Positions 48,905-62,892 of a stretch of DNA of 64,000 nucleotides are shown piece after piece (position 1 is the first letter of the stretch; every line of letters begins with the position of its first letter). Below the pieces are notes generated by a model. That model was not told the DNA's origin. It saw only the letters and a program-made list of their open reading frames with translations, and did no database searches. The stretch covers positions 56,854,001 through 56,918,000 of the forward strand of contig NC_135657.1 of the NCBI RefSeq assembly GCF_964188315.1, in the 5' to 3' direction. Source of the stretch: Podarcis muralis. Lineage: Eukaryota. Position numbers and translations under genes: made by a program.

Positions 48905-49058
48905 TAAGTATCTCTCTTCTTGTCTCATGCTTGGGGTGCGGATCATGTGGTTCTGCTCCCCTCTCCAATCTCCAAAGCGGCGGAAAAAGTAGTTGGATAA
49001 AAAACGGTTGATGGGATCTCTAATAATATTAATGTATACTGGTTGGTCTCCTCCAAAC
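48905..49058 (-). CDS. UST: UST coding exon (154 nt): (R)FGGDQPVYINIIRDPINRFLSNYFFRRFGDWRGEQNHMIRTPSMRQEERYL; contains the 3'-PB motif RDPxxRxxSxY
   Basis: Lies within ORF-track 48875..49075. Acceptor gttgtccag|GTT and donor TTA|gtaagt. Sulfotransferase 3'-phosphate-binding motif present. Confidence 0.97.
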
Positions 49059-52000
49059 CTGGACAACAGAAACAAAGAAAAATCAAATCACAGACCGCCA
49101 TGTCAAAAAATGTAAAACTTCAGTATCTGAGGAGGTTGTTTCTTGCATTTTTTAAAAAAATTAAAATTACAACTACAATATTATTTCTGAAGCCACAAGT
49201 ATAAGGCTTTTCTGTCCCTTAAAGCAGGGGTTAAATGCTACACATTAGAAAAAGCACACTGTAATCTGGCATCTTAGTATTAGAAAAGCACACTGTAATC
49301 AACAAAATTTATTTTACTGAAGCTTACTAGGGAATCTCATCTTACTGATGATAAATCACATGGTTGTCAGTTTGACTTTAATCAAGTTTCTGTGTACCAC
49401 ATATTATATAGCAGTATTCAAAGGCACTATTTATTTTATTTTTAAAACTGTACATCAAAGAAAGTGTTTACTGTATTTATATTCTGCTTTTATGTAGGAC
49501 TCCCAGTGGTTTTGATCGTCAGGTCCATCCACAACTACTTAGTTTCAATACTGTTTCTGGCATTCCTAGACCATCCACCAGGCTTGTAGTGACAACAGTT
49601 AAAATCACAAGTGTGTTTCTACTCTCCTTGGGCTCAAGATAAGACGAGCCTGTATCAGCTTCAGATGGGCCGAAGTGGTCAAAATCTCACAGCCACTACT
49701 ACTAGGCATGCTTACTAACTGATGTAGGAAAGGGCTCACCAGAGGGCACTTTCCCATGGGAATCCTCAAACCTAGAGCCAAGAAGAGCAATCCCTATCTG
49801 TAGAAGATTTCCATACAAACCTGCAGCACCCTGTGGTCTTCAACAAAGCTTATTCCAGACTTATGTGCTGCATTTGCAGCTAACTTAGAACCATGTAGTA
49901 GCATACCCTTAAATGCAATGGTAGCAATATGTGTGGGGTTTTTTTTTTAAAAAAAGAGTACTGATCACTAGTTAATCTGCTTTTCTTCAAACAGCGGAAC
50001 TCTATTTTAAGAAGGCTGGAGCATTAGTTAAACATTGCACAGGTGTGACAAGTTATCCTTGGAAAGAAAGTCTTCAGTGCAACCCAAGAGTTCTTATTTA
50101 TTTGAATGGAAGCACTGTTAAAATTTAGCCACAATATCCAAATTACAGTACCAATTAAATGAGTGAAAAGTAACACAGTGCTGGTTTGCTTGTATTTTCC
50201 ACAAAGGGCGACTCCTTTACCCACTAAGTAAAGTGTTTTTTCTTGTAGTGAAATTAAAAAAAAACTTGTGGGAACTAACTAAGCCAATGTATGTACATTT
50301 TGTATGCAAGACCAGGAACTGAAGTTAAGCAAAAACAACTTAACTTAGTTTTTGTATCCTTAAGATAAAACAATTTGCACTCTAATTTGTCTATTGGGTT
50401 ATGCTTTAAATGATTTTAATGTAAACTATATGTTTACCTGTACAAAACCACAAAAAATGGAAAAAAACACACCCATATGTGGCCAAATTTACTACTTTGG
50501 CTCCCCTCTCCTCCTTTTGTATACTACAAGAGGAGGTTCAAAGCATCCACTTTCATATGCAGGCTACAGTTTCCTATGACATATGGGCTGTAGGTACTAT
50601 GGTATTTTAAAATTATCCTTAGTGATCACAAATCAGGATCAAACTGCTTCTTCAGATCATGGTTGTTCTTACTAACTGTAGTTTAAACAAACTATAATTC
50701 TTGAGTTTGATCATCTCAGGATACTTCAGTTAGTTTAAAATGGAAAGAAAATGCTTTCAATCTCTGTTCACATAGCAAAAAACAATGGTTTTCCCCTGTG
50801 CCTGAACCCAGCCCACTAAGTGATACTTAGTGATTTTTTAAAAGGATGAGCAGAATGGTTTTTTTGGCTTTGTTTTACAAATAATTAAAAATGTTAACAT
50901 GATTACTAGAAAATGCCCTGTAGACTGAATTAAATTGAACCATGAGAGGTAACTGAACTAATTGATGTGAAAGTGCTCTTCTTCCTGCCTTGCTGAAGTC
51001 AATTGCTGCAATAAACTGAGTTGATTAACTTAGCAGAAAAATCTAATGAAGGTAATCCTACAATTTTACAACACTAGCAATATACAAAATGTGCTTCATA
51101 GTGCTAAACCTCTACTTTTGGCAAAGTACCACATGTCCCAACCCAATAGAACCAAAGGGGTAGAAGAATTCGCCTGTAGTGTTATGCCAAGGACACACCC
51201 CAGAGGATTCTATTTCTACATTCCAGAAAATTAAGTAATTCTTCTGAGCAGAACAACACAGCATATTTATCTTAAGACTGACATTTGACATGAACTAAAG
51301 TAGGGTAGCTTGGTTAATATAATTTTATTTTATTTCTTGTTAATGGTATCGATAACACCCCAATGACTGCACTTACTGGTTGGACTAAGCTACCATGAAG
51401 TAACATAGTAAATGTCCACTTTGTTTACATTAAACTAAGAGCCTTGGTACTGACTCCTGCAGTATCCATATTTCCAGAGTAGAGCCTTCCCCTCAGTGAG
51501 GGTCAGAGTTCCATGGCAGAGCTTGGAACGTTGTGTTCCTGAAAAGCTCAAAGTCCGGCTTCTTTTCAATTCATTCATATGCTCAGATTCCCCATTTCCA
51601 CCTAAACATTTCTCCCTTCTCTCCATATCCTTATGCATTATTGTTGATTTTTATTGTTAACACTTCTATCCTGTTTTGGTCCTGTCAGGGCTTAGCCACA
51701 CTTCCTTTTGTCCCACTGCAGTACCCCAGGGAAAGCCGCTTTTTAGCATTCAATTACAGCAAATGACAATTCTGGTTTTCCCCAAATGGATTGCCATTTG
51801 TTCCTTTTTTCTCTCTAAAGAGCAAGTTTTCCCTTGGAAAGGAATGGGTCAAGGGGAAAACCGCTCAGATCTATGCCTAGAAAGTGGGGGTCAAGTGACA
51901 AACCGTTTGGACCCTTGCTTTCTATGCATGGCACAAAGTAGAAGAGTAGATGATCCCTAAGACACTCTCTTCAGTTGCTCCTTCTACCTATCACAGGCTC

Positions 52001-55000
52001 TATAAATATTGCTGTCACCCTGCAGCAAAATAGGCTTCAGCGTGATCATTATGCATTCCAATGTACACATGCTGGGTGTTTTTTCACCCAAGCATTAATG
52101 CTCTATAAAATTAAAGCATTTATTATGTTTGAAAGTTCTCACTTCTTGCAATCCAAGAACCTCTAGGCTCTCTGAAGTAATTTGAAGAACATAATTGATT
52201 TAGGATACACATATGTAGTTACATCAATCATCTCTACACACCACAAAAACTGAGATAATTTAGTTCAAAGTCTCTATCCCCAAAGCACTGCTTAAAGTAT
52301 GGCTCCAAAATTTGGAAGAGGGGAAACAGAGGTTCCCACATTAGTATATGCTGCTTATTCCCCTCTTAAATTCAAAACGCCTAGTGTTAAAAAAATGAAA
52401 AGCCAAAACGGTAGCCCTTCTACCCCATCTATATGCTGTGTTGTTACCTAATGTGGCTCAAATGGTGCCAGGTTCAAAACTGAGGCAAGTTCTTAAAAGT
52501 CCTTTACATAGCTCAGTGTCTGCTGAACTAAGTAAGGGGATGAGGAAGGTTGCCCAAATCTTTGGTAAATGCAAAACTTAGCTGACGGTGGAAAGAACTA
52601 CTGCAGCACAATGCAATACTGGCTGCAGTAGAGTCAGTGGCAAGCCTCCCATTGGCATAAAGGAGATTAGAATTTCATCGACAGTGAGCAATGAGCCCAG
52701 GAGTTCTAAACATCTTTCCAGAGCATACATCATTTCATCATGACACATTCAGATTGTATTGTAGGCACCTCCACCCTTCTCCTATTTACATTTACATAAC
52801 ATGGTAACTAAAGCAATTGCCTAAGCTAAAAAGTATTTATTGTATTCCCCTCCCCCCATTTAAACAGCTGGGGGAAGTTGAGAGCTAGAATCTTTCTTTC
52901 TGAAGCTTAGGGCACATAAGCTGTACCTCAACTGCACATACCCTGGCATTTCAGTTGATGGTTTAGTCAGGTACAGGCCCATTGCCAAGGAAATGAATCA
53001 TGGGAAGGTTAAATGCCTTACTTATGAATTTCTTTTCCCCTCCCATAATTTCTCTACTCCATAGTTTGAATTTTGCTCCTTTGAGGACAAGCCTCTCTTA
53101 GTGCCTATTTGAAAAAGGGTTAACTTTCCTTTCTGTTTAAAAATGGCAAACATTTTTAAAATTATTGTTCTTGTTCTTGTTGTTTAATAATGCAAAACCA
53201 TCTTTATTAGGCTAACTAGTAAATGTGTGGCCTCTCAACTGCTGCATAGAATTCTTCCTCAGGCAAAATGGAAAGTGTCAGTTTATAGAATGCAGGGCTG
53301 ATTAAAAGGTCAGAAATTTTTATTAATCTGAGCTATATAGCTGCTTAATTGGGGTGGGGGGATAATCAGGGTGGGGGAGTGTGCTTCAAATAAGTAATTG
53401 AATATGAGCTATAAATTATTATAATGACCTAATGATCCACTGCAGCAAACTGAAATGTGTAATTTTAAAGATTATACTTTCCATCTATGTAGCTCTCTCA
53501 CATAAGAAGAACTCAGACCGCATTACTGCCATTCCTCTGTGCATCCACTGCATAAGTGTAGTATCATTGTGGTGTCAGGTTCTACCTACAATCTTACATA
53601 TCAACTAAACACTGCACATAAAGGTATAAGCTCAGGGGTGCTGCTCAGATGATCAACAAGTACACTGAGACTGTAAAAATATTTAGGCTGCCTAATTTAT
53701 TCCGTTCTCTAACTTCCAATATTTAAGAAAATATATTCTGTTAAAGCTAGGAATATAACTTCTACACACCTTCTTCTCATGCTTGGGTGGCAGGACTATA
53801 CTTCCACCCAGCTCACCCCAGCCACTCTAAAACAGCTACACAAAAAGGCACACAACAGTGATATAGACACTGGAACCAGACCCTGTGTTTGACTCAAATA
53901 CCACCTCTGTCCACCTATCTTCTCTGGCAATACTATTACAGGACGTCCTATTATCATCCACAACATCAGGGGTTCTATCACTTGCTCATATTTCACTGCA
54001 ATATGTGCCATCATATTCTAATAGTGTCTTTCTCCATAAGGCAAACATAACAGTATCTAAGCTATTAAGAATAAATGGACAAAAAATTGACATCAGAAAT
54101 GGCAATGAAGCCAGTGAGGGGACATACCAGCCTTCCAAGATACAAGACAGACCTTATGGTGACTACCCTTAAACAAAGGAACTTCAGAAGGAGACTAAAG
54201 CGTGAAACAGTTGAATTGCAATACGCCAAAAAGTTTAGGGCTATATTTCAGAGTAAATTGACACAATGGATTTTTACCACACTATATGCGATCACTGGTG
54301 TCCCCATGTCAGGGTGTTTGTTTTATCAACTACTGATTTTGTATGCATATGAAACTAATTAGTTTCATTTCCTTCTGATCTGATTGTTTATACACTTCCT
54401 CCCCCTTCCTGTGAAAAAACCCTACAAATGTACCTGCAGTTCAAGACAACACGCATCTGATTAAGCATTCTGTAGTCAATGAAAGTTTATCTGCTTAGTC
54501 TTGGGTACCACAGGAAGATACTAACACGGCTACCACTCTGGATATTGGCATTTAGTAATTCACTATTCTTCAGCTCAATAGTGTTTTCTAAAGTTGCATC
54601 TGATGTAACATCACAAGCATATGTGATCATAATTTGAAACCTCCTCTCCCAAGAGTTTATATTTTAAAGTGTGGGGGGTGGGGAGAGAATGAACAGCTAA
54701 TGCATATAAAATTACACTGGCAGAGGGAAATAAAAATAAAATGGAATTCTGGCAGGAGATTCTTTTTGACATAATGCAACATAGAGTTTTTCAGCTGAAA
54801 AGGTTATAAACTCAAGTGACCTATAAAAAAACATGAAGTGTACACAGACAATTGGAAACACAGACAAGGATGTATATTGTATTATATCATTTACTGCTTT
54901 AGCCAGTGGTGCAGGTGACGAGGGGGAGGAAAAGATGGTGAATCCCTGCATCACACATATCGTTCATGCTAGTATGGAAGCCGGTTCCTCGTGGTGCAAT

Positions 55001-55280
55001 CTTATGCTGCATATGTGTATACATACCAGAATATACAAACAGATACCAGAGCATACATGTGGGTGTTTCCTAGATTACTGTTGCCCAGTCAGGATAGGAA
55101 AAGGAGTAGGAGCATTGGCTAGGTAAATATTGCACATTTTGCACTGCCCACAAGGTTCTGGGAGATACACACATATTGCAGTGACTGTACACTAAACTGA
55201 AAATGAAAGCTTTAAATAAATCAATTGTCTGTTAAATTAAACATACCATATAAAACACTGTAAGTCAGGAACTATCTTAC

Positions 55281-55360
55281 CTTGAGAAATTGAGGAAGTG
55301 AACATGTCTAGTGAATAAATAGGGCTGTTCGGCAGTGCTTATATTTTTAATCAATTCCAT
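55281..55360 (-). CDS. UST: UST coding exon (80 nt): MELIKNISTAEQPYLFTRHVHFLNFS(R)
   Basis: Acceptor gtttttag|ATG and donor AAG|gtaaga. Phase 0 in and phase 2 out fit both neighbours. Confidence 0.95.
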
Positions 55361-55478
55361 CTAAAAACAAGAACACACTGAATTTAAAATCAAGCTTGTC
55401 AAAATGTAGCACCCAAACAGCAGCCTTCAGAAGAGATTTGTTTTTTTGAGGTACAGTACTGATACATTAGATCCCAGC

Positions 55479-55807
55479 CACTGGCACCAACTATATGGGG
55501 GCCTGGGCACCCACAAAAAATTGTTGTGGGTGCTCGGCACCCGCACTGCAGGGCCTCTGACATGACTTCTCGGGCCTTGCAAAGCACTGTAAGTCACATC
55601 CAAGGCCTTATGGGGGCCTTGGGGTTGGTGTCCAAGGCGTTATGCGGCCTCTGACGCAAATTCCAGGGCTCCCAGGCAGCATGTGCAATGTAATGTGATG
55701 TCATGATGCAACGTGATGTCATTATTGTATGGCGTGATGTCATGATGTCACGCTACATTGCATGTGCTGCTGGGCACCCATAATCTGGGGTCAAGTCAGT
55801 GCCCCTG
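55479..55807. mobile_element. Older hAT-type MITE with palindromic core
   Basis: Ends CACTGGCACCAACT / revcomp CAGGGGCACTGACT. TSD ATCCCAGC / ACCCTAGC (6/8). Repeated GGGCACCC motif. Confidence 0.65.
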
Positions 55808-57716
55808 ACCCTAGCACTGTCTATCAAGAGTAATGGGAAGGAATAGAGATGGTCTATGCTACACTAAGATGGGAGAAAATAAGGCCACTTCTGTGACCTC
55901 CTAGCCTGCAAAAGTTCTAAATGTCAATATACTTTGCTTCACCAATTCACATGCTTGTTACATCAATTTTGTGGGATAAGTAGGAAGGTAGTTTTTTTCT
56001 CTTCCTACTGGCAGTTGCTGTGCCTGACTTTTGCTCTATTTACTGCGGTGCTTTGGAAAGTAACAGCTTCATAAAGCAGTACGTGCAAGGAGCAGTGGCG
56101 GCTTCAGCTGGGGGAGGGCGGGATATAAATAATATTTATTATTTTTTTATTATTATTTCTAAGGTCAACCTTTTTAATGTTGAATGAAAGGTTCCTTGGG
56201 ACCAGTAACATCATGGCCACATACATTTCTCAGAGTCTGCAGGGGATGTCCTAGACTTTGCACTTAATTGGAATATCTGCTCTAATGTTAAAAACCCATC
56301 ACATTCAAACACCTGCCCATCAGAATATGTGCATGAAATTCACACATATTGTTCAAAAATATTACACCTCCTATATTTATTCAATGTAGAAATATATTGC
56401 TTCTCATAACAAAATTATGCACAACTTTGCAGTGTATACCAGGAGACAGATGTGCCTAAAAGAACACAAATGAGTAAGTCAAGGTCTAAATAAACATAAT
56501 GTAATTCTACCACATAGAACTTGCATTGCAATGGTGTGATGCAGTGCTTTTTCCCCCGAGAAAAAGAGGTGCAGGAACTCCCACCTTTTTTCGACAGACA
56601 AACCTAAGTTGTTGAGTTTCTTTCAGGAAGGGCTTTTCAGCCCAGAGTGTTCTGGCTGAAAAAAAAGCCCTGGTGTGATATCATGTAAAATTGTTTGGTT
56701 ACTATTGTACATTCTATTTGCCACCAACCAGAGACCTAATTTTTGGTAACTTAAAAAAATTCTTTCATACCCATGTGAGAGAAATAAAAGGTGTTTATTT
56801 ACTGTAGGCCCTGACTTTATTCTTTCATTTGTATCTACTGACTGGCCAGGCATTAAGTCGTAATCTACCTTTTCCATTATTTAAGAAAGCCTATGCTATT
56901 GTTTCCATGGAGATCGCTTTTCAAAAGCTGGTCTCAACTATCAGGATAGTTTTTTCTCTCCCCTCACTATTTTGGCCTGGTTGTGTTTAAGTCATTTTAG
57001 AATGCAGTTCCAAGATTTAATAATGCAAAGCTAGATTTTACTTTTAATTTCAGAATATATTTGGTTAAAAAGGGGGCTGAAATACAGTTCTCAGCACTTA
57101 CTTTCAGCTTTTAGAGTGTTCTGTAATATGTCAGGCTCCTGAAAGCGTTAAAAGAGATGTGTGCAAAAGAATTCCAGACATTCTTGCAGCTCTGATTTCC
57201 TGACTTCTGCGCTGCGCAGATTATTCTAATTGGCTTTAGAAAAACTTCTAGTTGTATTTGGTGGGTGTGGGGTGGACTTGACTGTTACCATTCCTTTAAC
57301 TTGAGGGCTACAGTAACTGAGCAAGATTACATACAGATTTGTCCAATTAGACAATATAAAGCAATGCACAAATTGGAAATAAATATGTTTGTAGAAGGTG
57401 GTAATATGCATGTTTCCTCACTCTAGTTTAGTGGGGCTTACTCCCAAGTAAATATGCATAGGATTGCATCCTATGTTAAGTTAAATTGCTGGAAATGCTG
57501 CTCTAGTTTGGATGCATTTACTTGTTATAGCATAAATAGCACTATATACTGTTTTTCATCATACTGTTGGAAACTTCTCAGCTAGCCAAAAGCAAGGCAG
57601 ACTACCCAAGCTGTTCTCCAGTGCACCTGTTGCATATACCTACCAAGTCTAGCCTGAGGCTCCCCTCTCCCCAGCTCAACAGAAGATTCATGGGAGTGGG
57701 AGGAGGAGGAGGATGA

Positions 57717-57794
57717 GAAGAAGAAGAAGAAGAAGAAGAAGAAGAAGAAGAAGAAGAAGAAGAAGAAGAAGAAGAAGAAGGAGAAGAAGAAGAA
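57717..57794. repeat. (GAA)21 pure tract plus short interrupted extension, preceded by (GGA)n
   Basis: Read directly from the sequence. Confidence 0.97.
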
Positions 57795-57967
57795 TTGCAG
57801 TAAAGACAAGAGAAGGATTAGCTCAATCATATAGATAGACTGTGCAGGTCCCTTGGTAGGAACAAATCAAAGGGCATTCTCATGCTAATCACTGGCTGTG
57901 CACCCTGGAATCCTCTAGAATGCAGGCATAGTCTCAGGTTCTACAGTGAGCAGATCCTGCCAGAAGA

Positions 57968-58110
57968 AAGAATATGAGTAGAATCCTGCCGGATCAAACC
58001 AAAAGCCCATCTAGTTCAGTATCCTGTTCTCACACTGGCCAATGAGATGTCTATGGTGTGCCCACAAGCAGGGCCTGACTTCAACAGCAATCTTCCCTTC
58101 TGCGGAAGCC
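57968..58110 (-). mobile_element. Old CR1-like 3' end remnant
   Basis: ggatcaaaccaaaagcccatctagttcagtatcctgttctcacactggcc is homologous to the 45668 and 58800 segments. Confidence 0.55.
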
Positions 58111-60142
58111 CAAAGCTAGATCTAGTCAAACTAGCTGAAGAATTAATACTTCCATGTGTCTCTGCAAAAGAAAATCCCACCACACTGACCAAACAACTCA
58201 TATTAGGTATAGGAAATGTGGAATGACACCTCCCTGACCCAGCCAATGTTTGCATTTCTTTTGATGCTTTTGTCCAGAAAGGTATAAAAACTGGACTGCT
58301 GGAGCCATTTTTTTGTTCTGGCTTTGCCTGGTTCCACTATGAAAATCAATTGCTCAATCACCTATGTGGTTTTGGGCTCCCCAGATCCACTCTGCTGAAT
58401 ATCACTGGGCCTGAAATCACTTAGCTAGCAAGAACCAGGGATCAGATTCTCCTGCTTTTTCCTTTATTGTCTCTGGACCCCCTTGCTTGCTGAAGCGAAT
58501 GTCCCGGCTTGGTGCGGCTGCTTCAACAACCCATTCCCAGGCTTCACTACTTTTCATCCCTTTCCCTGGATCTTTGCTAGCTGAATCTGAGATCCATGAA
58601 GCTTTTTTCAGGGTCTTTTTGCTGCCTTTGATGTTTTTCCTGCCTCACCTAGGCAGGGGAAACAGGTTATGTAGTCAGCATCTAGGACTGCTCAGCAGGG
58701 CACATGTCTCTCCCCATACTGTCTCTCAGAGCCTTCGCAACTGCTCCATCTTCCTATCTTTGAGTGTGTGTGACTGCGTTTTAGAAGCCACCATCTGGTC
58801 AGAAGAACAGACAAGCCAGCTGAATCAGGCCAATGGACCATCTAGCCCAATATTCCTTTTTCTCACATGGCAGGACCTGGATGCAACAGCACTTTGCTCA
58901 CATGAAGTTCCCAGAAGCTGGTATTCAGGGGCCTCCTTTGCCCAGAAGAATCCTCCTGCTCAGCTGTGCATGAATGAGGCCTGGTCTGCAAGATTAGCCC
59001 AGATAGAGAGTGCAGGCTGAACTCATCCCCCATCTCCTCCAATGCCTTGCATGCTTGTTCCTTCTTGTGTGTGTGCATTTAGTTGTTCTGTAGTTAGCTA
59101 ATCCCCTGAAACCATAGAAATGTATGCATATTGTTACTGCCCACTGATGTTAATAGATATGAATTGTTGTGGAGCTATACCCCACTGAAATGTTAAATGT
59201 GTATATTTTGATTCTCAATATATATCTGCATCTTTAAGACCTGTGTGAGTATAAATTACTGGGTAAATCTGCCAAGATGCACGAATGCCAATGTCTAACA
59301 TGTGTCTACTGAGGAGGCTTGATAATAGCAGCCTGTTTATTCTACCACAATTTTGACTTACTTCCATTTCTGTACATTATAGAAAGGGCAACTCCATAAG
59401 ACTATAGGAGAGTGATGGAATTATTAAACCTAGCACACCCAACTGGAGGGCTTATTTCTGCCTTTCAATTTTTGAAATCACAGATCAAAGGTTAATACTG
59501 TATTGACAGCACAATCCATACATGTTTACTCAGGAGGAAGTTAAACTGTGTCCAATGGGTCTTATAGTCTAATAAGTATTTTTAGTACTGCAGCCTGAGA
59601 CAAATTTTGCTCCTTAATATTGTCTTGGATCTCCCAATAAGGGTGTACAAGATTGTTTAGTATAACATTGGGCTGCGTTTTCAGCAGCATTCCACTTGGT
59701 GGCGTAGAGAAATGGTTGATTCATGACAGGTTAAGAGAAAGGCCACTCATATGAAGGATGCAAACAAAATCCAGTTTCATCCAAAGGAAATGTAATTGGT
59801 TACCTGGAATTAAAATAACATTTTACTGTAGCAACACTAAACATATAAGTTCTTCAAATCATTCCTTTTCATTTTTTAAAAGGAAAACAAAAATGTTGAT
59901 CCACTTTAGATAAAATCCAGAGAACTTTAACTTAGATTATAAACCAACAGGTACAACGTTTTCACTGCACAAGAATATTGTAGTAAGCAACACATTTTCA
60001 TATTCTACAATGATTTTTTGTTTTAAATCTGCAAAGATTTGGGAAATAATAAAAATAAATAGTGGCTTTAAATTATACATATGTTGCTGTGAGAAAATTA
60101 TTTTTAAAGTCAGGTCATTTACATCACGATAATGTGCATCTC

Positions 60143-60509
60143 AGGGGACGCAGGTGGCGCTGTGGGTAAAAGCCTCAGCGCCTAGGGCTTGCCGATCGAA
60201 AGGTCGGCGGTTCGAATCCCCGCGGCGGGGTGTGCTCCCGTTGCTCGGTCCCAGCGCCTGCCAACCTAGCAGTTCGAAAGCACCCCCGGGTGCAAGTAGA
60301 TAAATTGGGACCACTTACTAGCGGGAAGGTAAATGGCGTTTCCGTGTGCGGCTCTGGCTCGCCAGAGCAGCGATGTCACGCTGGCCACGTGACCTGGAAG
60401 TGTCTCCGGACAGCGCTGGCCCCTGGCCTCTTAAGTGAGATGGGCGCACAACCCCAGAGTCTGTCAAGACTGGCCCGTACGGGCAGGGGTACCTTTACCT
60501 TTACCTTTT
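60143..60509 (+). mobile_element. Sauria SINE, full length
   Basis: 13-bp TSD TAATGTGCATCTC (60130-60142 / 60510-60522), tRNA-like head with B-box GGTTCGAATCC, (ACCTTT)n tail. Confidence 0.95.
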
Positions 60510-60749
60510 TAATGTGCATCTCTAATATGAAGTAAGCCCCACCAAGTTCAATGGAGCTTAAGTGTTCAGATGTTTATAAGCTTAATCATGGCCAATCCTA
60601 CTTTCTTATAAAATGATGGGGTGTTTGGGGTGGCGCTAACAACATCATAAAATGACTCAATTTACACAAGCCTTTAAGAACGGCTTCAAAGGATGGAGTT
60701 AGGAGGACCCAGAATAAACTGAGGGTTGCGAGAGATTCTAGAGGGCTTC

Positions 60750-60988
60750 CCTGGCTGTGTTTGGGGCCGGATGCGGTCCAATCGCTTTCTAAATCCAGCC
60801 CAGGACAGGCTGGGAATCAGACTGGGAATTACATGAGTAGAATGTGTCCTTTTATTTAAAATGCATCTCTGAGTTATTTGTAGGGCATAGGAATTTGTTC
60901 ATTATTTTTTTCAAAATATAGTCCGGCGCACCACATGGTCTGAGGGACAGTGGACCGGCCCATGGCTGGAAAAGGTTGCTGACCCCTG
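60750..60988. mobile_element. Partial hAT (Charlie-like) MITE, one end only
   Basis: Right end GGAAAAGGTTGCTGACCCCTG. Matching left TIR and TSD not found. Confidence 0.5.
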
Positions 60989-62892
60989 GTTTGGAGCAAC
61001 ACAAAGAGAACAGGGAAGCAGCAAGTCTGCTGCTTGGGGAAGGTGGCAAAGTGTGGAATTAAAATAGACTGACTATGTGGCAAAGTGGGTTGCATGACAA
61101 TAGTATCTAGTTATTCTAGCCCAAGAGTATGGAGTCTTAAAGCAACAGGCACTAAGCAAACCACAAAGTAAGCTGTGTATACATAGCAGGAGTCTATGGG
61201 CCAAAAGAAAACTGATTAGCCAGTAACAGTTTGGAAGTCCATTTCCCTTTAAATTACAGGAGCTTATGAAGAATCCACTGCATGTGGATCTAGTCAGCTT
61301 GCTAATACTTGAAACAGAATTCCTGCTTCTTTTCCCATTCTTGAATGCCGCTGCTGTCCCTCCAGGGCCAGCCCACCCATGAGGCAAGGAGAAGCGACCA
61401 CTTCAGGCAGCAGGCTCCACAGAGGCAGCTGATCCGGCCTCCAAGGAATGCATTGGCGGTGGCTGCCGCACGGCAGCAACAGCTATGGCATGCTCTTTGG
61501 AGTCCAAATCTGTCACCTCCTCGGCAGCACGCACACACACCAATGTCACAGCGGCCTCTCAGTGAATAGGAGGCTCTGCTAGTCTCCTCCCACCCCTAGG
61601 GAGGAATTGGTGGGTGCTGCCCTTTGTGGTTTCCTGGGCTCTGCATCTGAATGGCATAATTCAGAGTGGGTCCCTTCGCATCTGTGACAGGTTTTGATTC
61701 CCACTTCAACCACCACTGTTTGATTTTTATGCCCCCCCCCTGTTATTGATTTAGATCTTCATTTACCCCTTCTTCCCTGGTTGTGGGGGGGGGGAGGACC
61801 GTTTTGTGGTTTGCTCCAGGAGCCAAAATGTATTGGGCCAGTCCCACTGGCCTCCAATATTCTCTCCCCTATCTGCAGCTTTCACTGCAAAACCCATTTA
61901 CCCCATTCCTTGCCTCAAAGCTTTTTGATGTTCTGCTTCCACTTGGAAAATTCTAAACTCCCGGTCCTTACTGCAAGATCTGTCTCTGATTATTATTTTT
62001 GGACAACTACTATATACAGGGTTAATTGATCCTCATAGTATGCCGCAGCAGCAGCTTTGATCCTAAAAGTAAGCATCAGTATCTTACACTGGATAATTTC
62101 ATGGCTTGTTTTCAGGCTGCAATGACTGATTAGCCTTTTCGGCTTTCAGTGCAAAAGAAGAGCTTTTAGAGCAGGGCCCAGAAAGAAAAACAACCAACCT
62201 CTGAAAATGTTTGCCTTTCTCCATACTATTTGCTGCCATTGTTTCCCCAATCTGCTGCTGCTTCAGTGCCCATTTCTTCCCTTGGTTAGGAATTCTCTCT
62301 CTTTCAAACAGTATTCGCAGACAATCCCAGAAAATTCAATGACCTCACAATGCTATATAGCCAATGAACTTTGGCTATGCACCAACACCACTGAAGGTTA
62401 AGGAAGCTGATTTAGACTGCAATCCTGACCCCATTTACCTGGGAGTAAGTCTCGCTGAATTTAATAGGACTTTGACTAAGAGCAATAATTCCTGGTTTCA
62501 AATGAGTGATCCTAGGCCATTAAAAATCTAGGAGCAAATGAAGTCTATTCAATGCAACATTTCCGGAATAAGTGAACATTTTCACGTCGCTTATGGTTTA
62601 ATTCCCCACAAATTGCCAAAAGCAGGGCACCCTTAAATACTGATAAAACAGCAGCAAAAATGGACTTAATTATCAGCTCATCTATAATTTACTTATAATA
62701 CCATTTGCCAGAATGATCAAAAAAAATATGCAGTTAACAGCTTGTTAGCTAAGAAAAGTGATAATTTTTAATATAAAAATATTTCTAATTCTACTGAAAA
62801 ATAATTTACTGCAATGCCCTATCAAAAATACTCAGAATTAAATTACTCTAAAAATGAAAACCGTAACATACAAAAAGACACAAACAACTTAC

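Noticed and set aside
48875-49075. Stand-alone 66-aa gene
   Set aside because: It is the 154-nt UST exon plus intronic read-through on both sides.
57582-57830. Poly-Phe 82-aa ORF
   Set aside because: It is a translation of the (GAA/TTC)n microsatellite.
58487-59020. 177-aa plus-strand ORF
   Set aside because: No recognisable domain, a non-ATG start, and its 3' part runs through a decayed CR1-like remnant.
60143-60230. tRNA gene (also 63460, 26143, 33666, 23766, 12968, 8437)
   Set aside because: These are tRNA-derived SINE heads continuous with SINE bodies, tails and in several cases TSDs. There is no complete cloverleaf.
61364-61850. Possible further MITE starting CAGGGCCAGCCC
   Set aside because: I could not find a convincing right TIR or TSD.
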